Assembly: GCA_965208675.1 (NCBI GenBank)
Contig: OZ242351.1
Span: forward strand, 2,816,001-2,880,000
Reading direction: 5' to 3'
DNA: 64,000 bases
Source: Candidatus Poribacteria bacterium
GTDB lineage: Bacteria > Poribacteria > WGA-4E > PCPOR2b
Shown here: positions 38,195 to 47,609 of the stretch, in pieces
Position numbering within the stretch: the stretch's first letter is position 1
Layout: every line of letters begins with the position of its first letter
The notes under the pieces: generated by a model
Told to the model about the DNA's origin: nothing
The model's input: only the letters and a program-made list of their open reading frames with translations
Database searches by the model: none
Translations under genes and position numbers: made by a program

Positions 38195-40414
38195 ATGAAA
38201 ACAGTTTCCACGTTAATTTTCTGTCTGACGTTAACTTCAGTTGTTATTGCCGAACTCAGCCCCATCGGTTCATTGGGAAATGGCGAACTCCGGGAAATTA
38301 CCTTCCTGCCAGATGGGAGAATTCTGCGCGTTCTTTCTAACCGTATTGAGTTAGCCGACCCAAATACTGGGGAAACTATAGAACGCTTTGCTGACAGAAC
38401 AGTGTCTATGGGGAATGTCACCGTCAGCAGAGACAGCTTGAAGTTAGCAATTGTACGGACAAAACGCTTTCCTTCGCAAACTGCGATAGAAATATGGGAG
38501 TTGGCATCACAACAAAAAATCCTTCAACGCACGATCCCGCTGACCCTTTATCACACAGCATTGAGCCCAGATCTAATGGTTTTTGCTGGTCACGATAAGG
38601 GCATCATTCGCCTCTGGAGTACGGAAACTGGAAAATCCATCGGCGAGATTAAATGGACGGATCAACCGAGCTTTGTCCGGCTAGCGTTCAACCCAGATGG
38701 GAGGCAACTTCTCTCTATCAATTCTTATATCTTCCGTGAGCTTCCCGGAGGAAACGACCTTTGGGAAGCGGCAATCGACGCCTGGGATATTGCTTCTCGT
38801 CAACGCTTGTGGAGCTACACAAGAACTATTAGGGTAATACGTGCGATATACAGTCCTGATGGTCGTTGGATTGTTATGGCTGACACCAATGATCGGATTC
38901 AGTTTTGGGACGCGAAGCTAGGGACGCAACAGCTTGTTTTGCACGTCACAGGTAATGTGCAAAAAATGCGATTCAGTCCCGATAGCAAGAGGATTTACAT
39001 TGCATCCGGCACAAGCGGTTACCCAAGGCAACCCAATCGGGTAAGCATCTGGGATATCGAAACCGGTGAACAACTCAAGGAATTGGGCGACGAGACACTT
39101 GGCATTGAGGGGCTTACTATTTCGCCCGATGAAACACAAGCGGTGCTCTGGTATTACAATGGCTTTGTCACGGTATGGGACATCCAACAACGCCGACGTC
39201 TCGCGCTCCGAACCGATTACGTTTCCCCTAGATGGGGATCTGTTACGCCGGATGGGCACTACCTCGTCGATGGATTGAGCGCTGCCCTCACAATCTGGAA
39301 TCTCCGTACACAAACGCTCCGGGCAACAATCTTCCCTGACGAGTATGTTTTTCGTCATGTTGCGATGTCGCTGCACGGACAGTATTTCGCTGTAGGTCAT
39401 GACCCGTGGATAGAGATACGGCAGACCCGAGGCGGTCGGATCGTCTCAAAGGTCCCAAATACAGTTGGATCGACACCCTACGTTTTCAGTAACGATGGCA
39501 GGCGGCTTGCCGTAGGCCAGCATAGCAGTGTAGTCATTTACAATCTTCACAACCCTGATAAACGGGAAGAACTGTTGCCAAAGGAACAAGCTTACATCTC
39601 AGAGCGTCATATCGTTTTCAGCCCGGACGACCGCTATCTGGCGGTATCGGATTGGGACAACGAGGTGCATCTGTGGGAAAATAACAAGGACAGATATGTC
39701 CATCGCTATTCGTGGCAAATTCCGACATCTCAGATTGACGACATCGCATTTGAGCCGAAATCGACGAATCCTGCCCTAGTTGTTATCGGAAATGGGGATG
39801 AGTTACAGGTGTGGGAACTTGGAGACACCGCCCCGAAGCAATCAATGCGTTTCGATGCCTCCGCTCCAATCCATTTTGTACGCGGCGGTGCTGAGTCTCT
39901 CCATCTGCAAAGGGATTACCTGTTTGTTAATCACGGGGGAAAACTTCAGATTTGGGATTGGGCAACCAAAACACCCGTCACAGTACCTGAAATACCACGC
40001 TACTTTGCTGCTAATCGGGATGGTTCCGTTGTGATAACCCGGGATAGCGTTGCTGACGAAACACAAATCTGGAACGTTCGAAGTCTGCTTTTTCCCAAAC
40101 CCGTTCTCTTTGGAGAAGTCAAACGAACCACGATCTTGGCAAATTTCCCGAATCCGCTCAATCCTGACACGTGGATTCCGTACCAACTCGCAGAATCTGC
40201 AAATGTGCAAATTCAAATTTATGATGTTGCGGGGCATCTGGTACGGACGTTAAATTTGGGCATGAAACTCGCGGGGAGTTATCTCTCACGAGAAAGTGCG
40301 GCCTATTGGGACGGCCGTAATAATATTGGCGAGGCGGTCGGCAGCGGGGCATACTTCTACACGCTGGAAACGGGTGATTACCGGACTACGAGGCGTCTGA
40401 CCGTTGTGAAATAG
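38195..40414 (+). CDS. Secreted divergent WD40-like beta-propeller protein with Ig-like tail
   Basis: Signal peptide from MKTVST, degenerate SPDG repeats, and tail 'NFPNPLNPDTWIPYQL...WDGRN'. Confidence 0.85.
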   Translation: MKTVSTLIFCLTLTSVVIAELSPIGSLGNGELREITFLPDGRILRVLSNRIELADPNTGETIERFADRTVSMGNVTVSRDSLKLAIVRTKRFPSQTAIEIWELASQQKILQRTIPLTLYHTALSPDLMVFAGHDKGIIRLWSTETGKSIGEIKWTDQPSFVRLAFNPDGRQLLSINSYIFRELPGGNDLWEAAIDAWDIASRQRLWSYTRTIRVIRAIYSPDGRWIVMADTNDRIQFWDAKLGTQQLVLHVTGNVQKMRFSPDSKRIYIASGTSGYPRQPNRVSIWDIETGEQLKELGDETLGIEGLTISPDETQAVLWYYNGFVTVWDIQQRRRLALRTDYVSPRWGSVTPDGHYLVDGLSAALTIWNLRTQTLRATIFPDEYVFRHVAMSLHGQYFAVGHDPWIEIRQTRGGRIVSKVPNTVGSTPYVFSNDGRRLAVGQHSSVVIYNLHNPDKREELLPKEQAYISERHIVFSPDDRYLAVSDWDNEVHLWENNKDRYVHRYSWQIPTSQIDDIAFEPKSTNPALVVIGNGDELQVWELGDTAPKQSMRFDASAPIHFVRGGAESLHLQRDYLFVNHGGKLQIWDWATKTPVTVPEIPRYFAANRDGSVVITRDSVADETQIWNVRSLLFPKPVLFGEVKRTTILANFPNPLNPDTWIPYQLAESANVQIQIYDVAGHLVRTLNLGMKLAGSYLSRESAAYWDGRNNIGEAVGSGAYFYTLETGDYRTTRRLTVVK

Positions 40415-40468
40415 GATTGCTCCTCAAATCGCCGCCGCCAACAAACATCAATCGACCTTAATGCCGAT

Positions 40469-42520
40469 ATGTTAAAGCGTTACTTTAAACAGATCGCGCT
40501 TGCCGTAATTTTAATCAGCAATCCATTGCTGCCGGTTTTTCTCGGAGTTGCCCTAAGCGATCAGGCCGATTCAGAACTGACCGATGCGAAACCTGTTGAA
40601 CTCGACGAGATCGTCGTGACACCCGGCCGGTTTGCGATCGGTGACGATACACCGTCAAGGATATCCCTCTCAAAACGGCTCATTGAACGCTTTCCGCTGG
40701 TTGATAACGACGTGATGCGGGCTGCACATGTATTCCCTGGAGTCGTTGCGAGCGATTACAGCGCGCGATTCAGTGTGCGGGGCGGCGAAAAGGACGACGT
40801 TTTGGTGCGGTTAGACGGGATGGAGCTCTTCAATCCGTACCACCTACAAGACTTTGGCGGCGCAGTTTCACTGGTTGGGCTAGATTTAATTCAACGCGTC
40901 GAACTGTGGATGGGCGGCTTCCCCGCGGAATACGGGGACAAAATGTCAGGCGTGTTCGACATCACAACAAAGTCCAAAAAAATTGAGAAGGTGTCCGCCA
41001 ATTTCGGCGTCGACCTTATCAATACGACCGCGATGGTGGAAGGCCCCTTATCAGAAAAGGGGTCGTGGCGTTTGTCAGCACGCCGTGGCTACGTTGACCT
41101 GATTCTAGCGCTCATCGACCTTGAAGAGGATTACAAGCCTCAATATGCTGATGCCTACGCAAAACTCACCTATGCGCCGACACAGACGGACACAATCACC
41201 CTAAACGGGTTATACGGTTGGGACAAGAACCGGATTCGGCAAGATGACATCGAAAATAATTTAGATTCGAGATATGACAACTTGACCGTTTGGACGCGGT
41301 GGCAGCATCGCTTTGGTAACGCGAACTGGTCTGATGTATTCGTTTTTGGGGGAAACACAGCACAAGACCGGCGCACCGGAGCCGCGGACTTCGATGTACG
41401 CTCGTTCCGATTCTTGGGTGCAAAAACCGAATTTACAGCCGGCTTTCTGGATAAACACCTGTTTCGCAGCGGAATCGAATGGCGGTGGATGACAGCGCAA
41501 TACGATTACGATGTCCGCGAGCGGCAGTCCGGAGTAAACAATTATGCAAGGGTAGTTGCGGACCTAGAAGGCAGCGGTGGCGAACTGAAGGCGTACATAC
41601 AAGATGAGTGGCAGCTCCACGCGAAACTCGCGCTCAACTTTGGCGGGCGGTATATATTCCAAGACTATCGCGCTGCGGGTATCCAAAACTACGAACTAGG
41701 ACCCCGCGCCGCGCTTGCCGTTCGCCCAACAGAGAAGCTAGTGTTGCGCGGGGCGTGGGGGTTTTATCACCAACCCATCCGTTTGATGAATATCCCTGTC
41801 GAGGACGGCGTTCAGACTGTCGGGCGCGCTGAACAAGCGGTTCATTACATTCTCGGCGGCGAATACAGTCCAAGCGATAATTTCCTGTTCCGTTTGGAGT
41901 CGTATTCAAAAACATTGGACAATCTTGCTGGGCGGCTCAGGGAATTTGGCCGGCAGACCCAGATTTTCACGCCCCCCGAATCCGGGCAGGCAAAAGGGGT
42001 AGATATATTTGTCACGCACGCGGTTTCAAACCGGTTCACGTGGAGCATAGGCTATGCATACACGGTCGCCAAAGAAAGTGCAGGCGGCGAGACGTTTTTT
42101 CGTCAGTCTGACCGGCGGCATTCTATCGCTGTCAGCAGCAGTCATCAACTTTCGCGCGGGCGGCATCTCTATCTGACGTGGCGTTTCCATTCCGGCGAAC
42201 CGAGAACGCCGTTGACGCATTCGCTGGTCTCTCTGCCGGGGGGAAACATCGCCTGCGACCGGCAGTTCGGGGCGACGCATTCAGAGCGGATGCCGCCCTA
42301 TCACAGTCTCGATTTTCGGTTCACGGATCGGAATCCATACAGCCAGTGGGAACTCACCTGGTATTTCCAAATTTTAAATCTTTACAATCGAACTAACCTT
42401 GACCAGTATGCGTTCAGTGAGGTGCGCGACGAGGAAACGGGAACGCTCATCCGATGCGAAATTGATGAAGAGCCGATGCTGCCGATTCTGCCGACATTGG
42501 GCGTTATGGTCGCGTTTTAA
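40469..42520 (+). CDS. TonB-dependent receptor-like protein
   Basis: 'LDEIVVT', 'VRGG', 'GGFPAEYG...SGV', 'N.YNR.N' and C-terminal Phe. Confidence 0.88.
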   Translation: MLKRYFKQIALAVILISNPLLPVFLGVALSDQADSELTDAKPVELDEIVVTPGRFAIGDDTPSRISLSKRLIERFPLVDNDVMRAAHVFPGVVASDYSARFSVRGGEKDDVLVRLDGMELFNPYHLQDFGGAVSLVGLDLIQRVELWMGGFPAEYGDKMSGVFDITTKSKKIEKVSANFGVDLINTTAMVEGPLSEKGSWRLSARRGYVDLILALIDLEEDYKPQYADAYAKLTYAPTQTDTITLNGLYGWDKNRIRQDDIENNLDSRYDNLTVWTRWQHRFGNANWSDVFVFGGNTAQDRRTGAADFDVRSFRFLGAKTEFTAGFLDKHLFRSGIEWRWMTAQYDYDVRERQSGVNNYARVVADLEGSGGELKAYIQDEWQLHAKLALNFGGRYIFQDYRAAGIQNYELGPRAALAVRPTEKLVLRGAWGFYHQPIRLMNIPVEDGVQTVGRAEQAVHYILGGEYSPSDNFLFRLESYSKTLDNLAGRLREFGRQTQIFTPPESGQAKGVDIFVTHAVSNRFTWSIGYAYTVAKESAGGETFFRQSDRRHSIAVSSSHQLSRGRHLYLTWRFHSGEPRTPLTHSLVSLPGGNIACDRQFGATHSERMPPYHSLDFRFTDRNPYSQWELTWYFQILNLYNRTNLDQYAFSEVRDEETGTLIRCEIDEEPMLPILPTLGVMVAF

Positions 42521-42553
42521 TACGTCCTTTTCGATTACCAACTAAACAGAGAG

Positions 42554-43432
42554 ATGACCCGAGCGCGTCGGTCTAACATCGTAATTATTTTCTTAGTCAT
42601 TCTTGGCAGTGCAATATTGACCGCCGATGGGTGGGGACAGGCGCCCAGAACGGCTAAAATTGCCTTCACCTCATTTAGAGGTGGCAACGATGAAATCTAC
42701 GTGATGGACGCCGATGGGAAAAATCGGCGTTACCTGACTCCCGTAGGTCAAGGCGATCCGCCCGCCGCGTGGTCTCTTGATGGGAAAAAAATTGCGTTTA
42801 CTTGGGAAGTTGAAGGGTTGGACGGTGTGGGGTTAGAAGGCGTTGGCGATGGCATGCAGTTTGACATTGCCGTAATTGACGCCGATGACGGAATTCCCCG
42901 CAACCTGACAAATCATCCTGGGCAAGATATATGTACGTCGTGGTCCCCCGATGGGAAGCAGATTGCATTTACGTCGACTCGAAACGGGCTTGGTATCTTC
43001 GTGATGAATAGCGACGGGAGCAATCAACGCCGACTGACCCCAGTCAATACTGGGGATCGCTACCCCGACTGGTCTCCAGATGGAAAAAAGATTGTATTTG
43101 AGTCTTCCAAAAACGGGGGAAAATTGGACACTTATGTTATGAACGCAGATGGGACGCACCGACGTCGCCTGACAAAGCATCCGGAGCATGACCGCTATCC
43201 GGCGTGGTCGCCTGACATCCAAAACATCATATTTTATTCCGAAAGGGACGGTCAAAGTGGTGAGATTTATGTGATGGATGCCAATGGGAACAATCAGCGG
43301 AACCTCACAAATCACCCATCGCCAGACGGTTTTTACGCAAGATCGTCTTGGTTTGACCCTGCGTTAGCGCGTTCAGTGTCCCCCGCTGGCAAGCATCGCG
43401 TCCACTGGAGTGGAGTCAAAATAAAAAAATAA
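42554..43432 (+). CDS. TolB-like PD40 beta-propeller protein with short C-terminal tail motif
   Basis: Repeated 'P.WSPDG..I.F.S' and 'EIYVMDA.G.N.R.LT'. Ends 'SVSPAGKHRVHWSGVK'. Confidence 0.88.
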   Translation: MTRARRSNIVIIFLVILGSAILTADGWGQAPRTAKIAFTSFRGGNDEIYVMDADGKNRRYLTPVGQGDPPAAWSLDGKKIAFTWEVEGLDGVGLEGVGDGMQFDIAVIDADDGIPRNLTNHPGQDICTSWSPDGKQIAFTSTRNGLGIFVMNSDGSNQRRLTPVNTGDRYPDWSPDGKKIVFESSKNGGKLDTYVMNADGTHRRRLTKHPEHDRYPAWSPDIQNIIFYSERDGQSGEIYVMDANGNNQRNLTNHPSPDGFYARSSWFDPALARSVSPAGKHRVHWSGVKIKK

Positions 43433-43689
43433 CGCAATATCCCAGTATAGGACTCGAAAAGAACTGAGGCACCAAGAAAAGCGTGACTTCGCTTGCGTGA
43501 TTTGGGACGCACCTTTATTACATCCCCTTGCTAAGGAAACAACCTTTGTAATACACGCCTTTCCAAATTCAAGCCAAAATCCGGTAAAAAAATTTAAGGC
43601 ATCGTGAAATCGGCTTCCTTGTGGAAAATATGGAGCCGTGCGATGCTTCCACCACTGACCCGAGGTCACTCCGCGGCGCGCCGTAAAAC

Positions 43690-45996
43690 ATGAGACACAA
43701 CATGAAGATGATCATTAGCGTTTTATTCAGTTTTGTATGTGTTCCCATGGTAGCCTTGGCTATCGAACCCGTCGGTACTATTGGGCACCCGTATCCACTG
43801 CGGCACGCTTTCCACGCCGATGGGACCATCCTACGTGTTAGCCAGTCGCAGATTCAAGTCGTTCATCCAAATACTGGTGCTGTCCTTGACGAATTCGGCG
43901 AACGCACGCGTATCCGTGAAGTCGTTTTTAGCCCAACTTCTGATCATCTAGCGATATTGAACTGTCATGCTGATCGAACAACAACAGTGGTAGAGATTTG
44001 GAGTGTCAAGAAACGTGCGCTGATAAACCAGTGGCAGATAGAAGGCCGCATTGATGCAGCGGCATTCAGCCCTACAGCGGTACTGTTTGCAACCGCTTTC
44101 GGCGGTGAAATTCACCTCTGGAACTGGCAAACTGGCAAGTCAATTGGCGGAATGGTAGGTGAGCGCAACCCATGGCTGCGATTAGACCGAAACACCTGTT
44201 CGTCATTTCCACCGGGTAACGTCCTGGTTTTTACACCGGATGGCCGCCATCTCATGGCTGTCTCGCAGCGTTCACATGTCGAAATATGGAATGTCGAGAA
44301 TCGCCGCTTAGTAGGAAAACTTGAAGGGCACGAGGGATGGGTTGAAGATGTGACCATTAGTCCGGACGGAAGGTTCGCCGCGACATTCACAAGGTATTCG
44401 AATTACGTCAATCTATGGAGTGTGGCTGCCCAAACACGCGTGTGGCGAGAAAAGAGCGGCATTGGCAGTGTATCAGGATTGGCCTTCAGTCTAGACAGCC
44501 AACGTTTGTACGTGGCGACGTCAACTAGCGGTCTCACCTCTTCGAACGCCAACGGAACGTGGACAGGATGGGACGACTTGGTACGCATATGGAATGTCGA
44601 GTCTGGGCATCAAATAGGTGAGTTTAGTGACGAGTTTCGCGAGTTAAATTCCATAACACTATCCCCGGACGAGGAGACCATGCTACTGCACTATCGGGAC
44701 GCGGTCGTATTGTGGGACATGGTAACCATGCAACGGCGCAACGTGTGGGCGGATTTTGTCGCGGGAATCCCCGCACTGAGCCCCGACGGAAAAACCTTCG
44801 TCTCGGCATCTCGCTTCTATATCAAGATATGGAACCTACCTTCGGGGGAACTGCGCCATATGGTTTCTGCCGAAGGCGGGCTTTTCCGAAGATTCGCAAT
44901 CTCGTCGGATGGGCAGAAACTCGCAGTCGGGCGCGACCCATGGATCCAGATACACAGCCTCCAGACTGGTGAAGTTGCAACTCAACTCTGGTATACTTCT
45001 GGGCATTCTAAAATCGCCTACAGTTCGTCGGGGACGTGGGTTGCTGCAAATGGTTATGGGTACGGGAACGTCCTACTCTTAAACGTCGAGGAACCGGAAC
45101 ACAACCAAATTGCCATGTCCGAGGATGCGCCCAATCTGACATCGTATCCAGGATTTTATGACATCGCATTCAGCGAAAACGACCAGTACCTGACAGCATC
45201 GCTGAGGGAGCGCGTTCTGTTATGGAAACACGATGGTGATGCCTTCACATTTCAATTTGCTTGGGAGTTTGAGGAGGAGCAGAATTCTCGTTCGGGACTT
45301 TCCTTCCACACGCTAAGGAATGGTTCAGTTTTACTTACAATACCTATTCGCGAAGGAGTTCGACCCAATTTCAGGAAATTCGTACAAATCTGGGAACTTA
45401 ACCCAAACTACCCGCGTCTTCGCGCGACGTTGGAGGTAGACTCACCGACACACTTTAGTTCGGACGGGCGTTATCTCTTCGGCAGCCGCAACGATCGCCT
45501 CCAGATTTGGGATTGGCAAACAAGCACACCTATCGACCATCCACCTATACCAAACTATTTCGCATTGAGTCGAGACGGAACCGTTCTACTTTCGTGGGAC
45601 AAGACTGGTAAAATCCAGATTTGGGACGGAACGGCACTACTTCCTTCCGAACCTGTCGCTGTTGAGCCGCACGGCAGGGAATTCGTCATCTTTGGTCAAG
45701 TAAAACAAAACCGGCTGCTGCAAAACTACCCCAACCCTTTTAACCCTGAAACGTGGATTCCATTCCGCCTCGCAAATGAGAGCAACGTCACGATTCGTAT
45801 CTACACCTCAACGGGTCAATTAATTCGCATCCTATCACCGGGACTACTGCGCGCGGGCGAGTACCGCTCCCCCTCGCGTGCGGCCTATTGGGACGGATGC
45901 AATGAAGCGGGCGAGTCAGTAAGCAGCGGAATATACCTTTACAACATTAACGCAAGTGAATTTTCGGCGACCCGTAAAATGCTCATCCAGAAATAG
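43690..45996 (+). CDS. Secreted divergent WD40-like protein with Ig-like tail (paralog of 38195-40414)
   Basis: Shares 'DG.ILRV', 'AVG.DPWI.I' and 'LQIWDW.T.TP....IP.YFA' with 38195-40414, plus tail 'LLQNYPNPFNPETWIP'. Confidence 0.85.
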   Translation: MRHNMKMIISVLFSFVCVPMVALAIEPVGTIGHPYPLRHAFHADGTILRVSQSQIQVVHPNTGAVLDEFGERTRIREVVFSPTSDHLAILNCHADRTTTVVEIWSVKKRALINQWQIEGRIDAAAFSPTAVLFATAFGGEIHLWNWQTGKSIGGMVGERNPWLRLDRNTCSSFPPGNVLVFTPDGRHLMAVSQRSHVEIWNVENRRLVGKLEGHEGWVEDVTISPDGRFAATFTRYSNYVNLWSVAAQTRVWREKSGIGSVSGLAFSLDSQRLYVATSTSGLTSSNANGTWTGWDDLVRIWNVESGHQIGEFSDEFRELNSITLSPDEETMLLHYRDAVVLWDMVTMQRRNVWADFVAGIPALSPDGKTFVSASRFYIKIWNLPSGELRHMVSAEGGLFRRFAISSDGQKLAVGRDPWIQIHSLQTGEVATQLWYTSGHSKIAYSSSGTWVAANGYGYGNVLLLNVEEPEHNQIAMSEDAPNLTSYPGFYDIAFSENDQYLTASLRERVLLWKHDGDAFTFQFAWEFEEEQNSRSGLSFHTLRNGSVLLTIPIREGVRPNFRKFVQIWELNPNYPRLRATLEVDSPTHFSSDGRYLFGSRNDRLQIWDWQTSTPIDHPPIPNYFALSRDGTVLLSWDKTGKIQIWDGTALLPSEPVAVEPHGREFVIFGQVKQNRLLQNYPNPFNPETWIPFRLANESNVTIRIYTSTGQLIRILSPGLLRAGEYRSPSRAAYWDGCNEAGESVSSGIYLYNINASEFSATRKMLIQK

Positions 45997-46150
45997 TTAG
46001 GACTAAAGCAGTTGCAAGCTCATGGCATAGTGGCACGCACACTCCGTGTGCCAAGCTAGGATTTGGGTTGAGGAATCAAAGCAAACATTGTTACAATATC
46101 TAACTGCAGCGTCTCAGATTCACATTTTCAACGAACTAAAGGAGGAGAAA

Positions 46151-47131
46151 ATGAGGGTGAACAATGTTATGTTCTGCCTCATCGCGCTATGGGGAGTATT
46201 TCCATTCGTCCGTGCCAACACCGCTCTGGCAGATGAGGAGGCTTTAATCAATAGCCGATTGGCTTCCATGTTTGAGAAGGCGGAGAATTTTGAGGAGAAG
46301 CGTGTAACGTTGTCCAAAGATAAAGCCGCATCCATCGAAAAGAAGATTGGCGCAAAGTTACTTGACGAGGACCGCAACCCAATATTTTACATCGCGTACA
46401 ACGACAAAAAGAAGCCGATGGGATTAGTACGATTCGTCAAGGTCAAAGGACCGCACGGTATCATAAGCGGTGGGGTTGCCTTAAATATGAGCGGAAAAGT
46501 AGTCAAGGTCGACGTTTACAAGCACAAGGAATCCTCCAAAATCGGCGGGGAAGCGTTCCTTTCACAATTCATCGGCAAGGGAATCGACGACAAATTTAAG
46601 CTTGGGAAGGACATTAAGCCCGTCGAAGGGGAGACGGAAGCCTCTCAAGCCGTTGCGATGATGCCCAAAAAAACCCTCGCGATGAGCTACGCACTCTTCC
46701 TCAAAAAGCAAGAGAAGCCAAAACCGGAAGGTGATAAAGAACATGAAATCGAAGACCTCCATGAGTTAATGCACGAGATGCACGAATCTTACATCGTGAT
46801 ACGGGAATTCTTCAAAACCGGCGGAAATCAAGCCGATGCGGTTAAGGCGGCAAAACAGCTTTGGGAATATGCAAATTTAATCGCCGATTTTGAACCTCCG
46901 AAGAACCCAAATAACCAGGAGGAATACCGCCATTTACAGAAGAAGACCTTAGATGCACTTCACGAATTCGCCGAATCGCTCGAAAAAGACGGGGATACGG
47001 AGAAGACTCGCAAACAGTGGCAGCAGCTCCTTAACGTGGTTAACCAGGCGCATCTTCGATTTAGCATGGAGGAGATTGACCTAGACGAAGATTTGAAGGA
47101 GGATTACGGAGAGGAAGAAAATGACTTCTGA
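46151..47131 (+). CDS. Exported FMN-binding-like domain fused to a cytochrome b562-like four-helix bundle
   Basis: ATG at 46151 after GGAGGAG, signal peptide, FMN_bind pattern 'FLSQFIGK...LGKDI..VEGET', and C-domain 'DL..LM...PPK...EYRH...NQAH.RF'. Confidence 0.65.
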   Translation: MRVNNVMFCLIALWGVFPFVRANTALADEEALINSRLASMFEKAENFEEKRVTLSKDKAASIEKKIGAKLLDEDRNPIFYIAYNDKKKPMGLVRFVKVKGPHGIISGGVALNMSGKVVKVDVYKHKESSKIGGEAFLSQFIGKGIDDKFKLGKDIKPVEGETEASQAVAMMPKKTLAMSYALFLKKQEKPKPEGDKEHEIEDLHELMHEMHESYIVIREFFKTGGNQADAVKAAKQLWEYANLIADFEPPKNPNNQEEYRHLQKKTLDALHEFAESLEKDGDTEKTRKQWQQLLNVVNQAHLRFSMEEIDLDEDLKEDYGEEENDF

Positions 47132-47606
47132 AACGCATTTAGGACAATCTAAACGGCGCACCTTCTTTAAATCCGGCATCGCTTTCATCAGCGGTGTCAT
47201 TAGCTTGGCGATGGCGGTGCCGCTAATCGGTTCGGCAATTGCCCCTGCGTTCAAAAAGGGACAAAAAAAATGGGTGGATTTGGGGCTCGTCGATCTGCTT
47301 AATGGCGCCCGCCACAAGAAGATTAACTACACTTTTCAATCTAAAGATGGCTGGGTTGAGGCGACTAGAGAACGCTCCGTTTATGTGACGGATGAAGGCG
47401 GCGGGCGTTTTGTGGTTTTTTCTCGCGTCTGCACACATCTCGGCTGCCTCGTCCGATGGGACGAAAAGAAACGGCACTACCACTGCCCCTGCCACGGCGG
47501 TATCTTTGACGAATCCGGTAATGTCATCGCCGGACCGCCGCCGCGTCCTTTGGAGCGGCTGCCGGTCAAGTCGGAAAATGGCATTCTGTATGTCAGGGAG
47601 GTATAG
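47121..47606 (+). CDS. Rieske 2Fe-2S subunit of a menaquinol-type Rieske/cytochrome b complex
   Basis: Tat motif KRRTFFK, TM anchor, CTHLGC and CPCHGG boxes, 'GPPPRPL'. Confidence 0.93.
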   Translation: MTSETHLGQSKRRTFFKSGIAFISGVISLAMAVPLIGSAIAPAFKKGQKKWVDLGLVDLLNGARHKKINYTFQSKDGWVEATRERSVYVTDEGGGRFVVFSRVCTHLGCLVRWDEKKRHYHCPCHGGIFDESGNVIAGPPPRPLERLPVKSENGILYVREV

Positions 47607-47609
47607 CAG

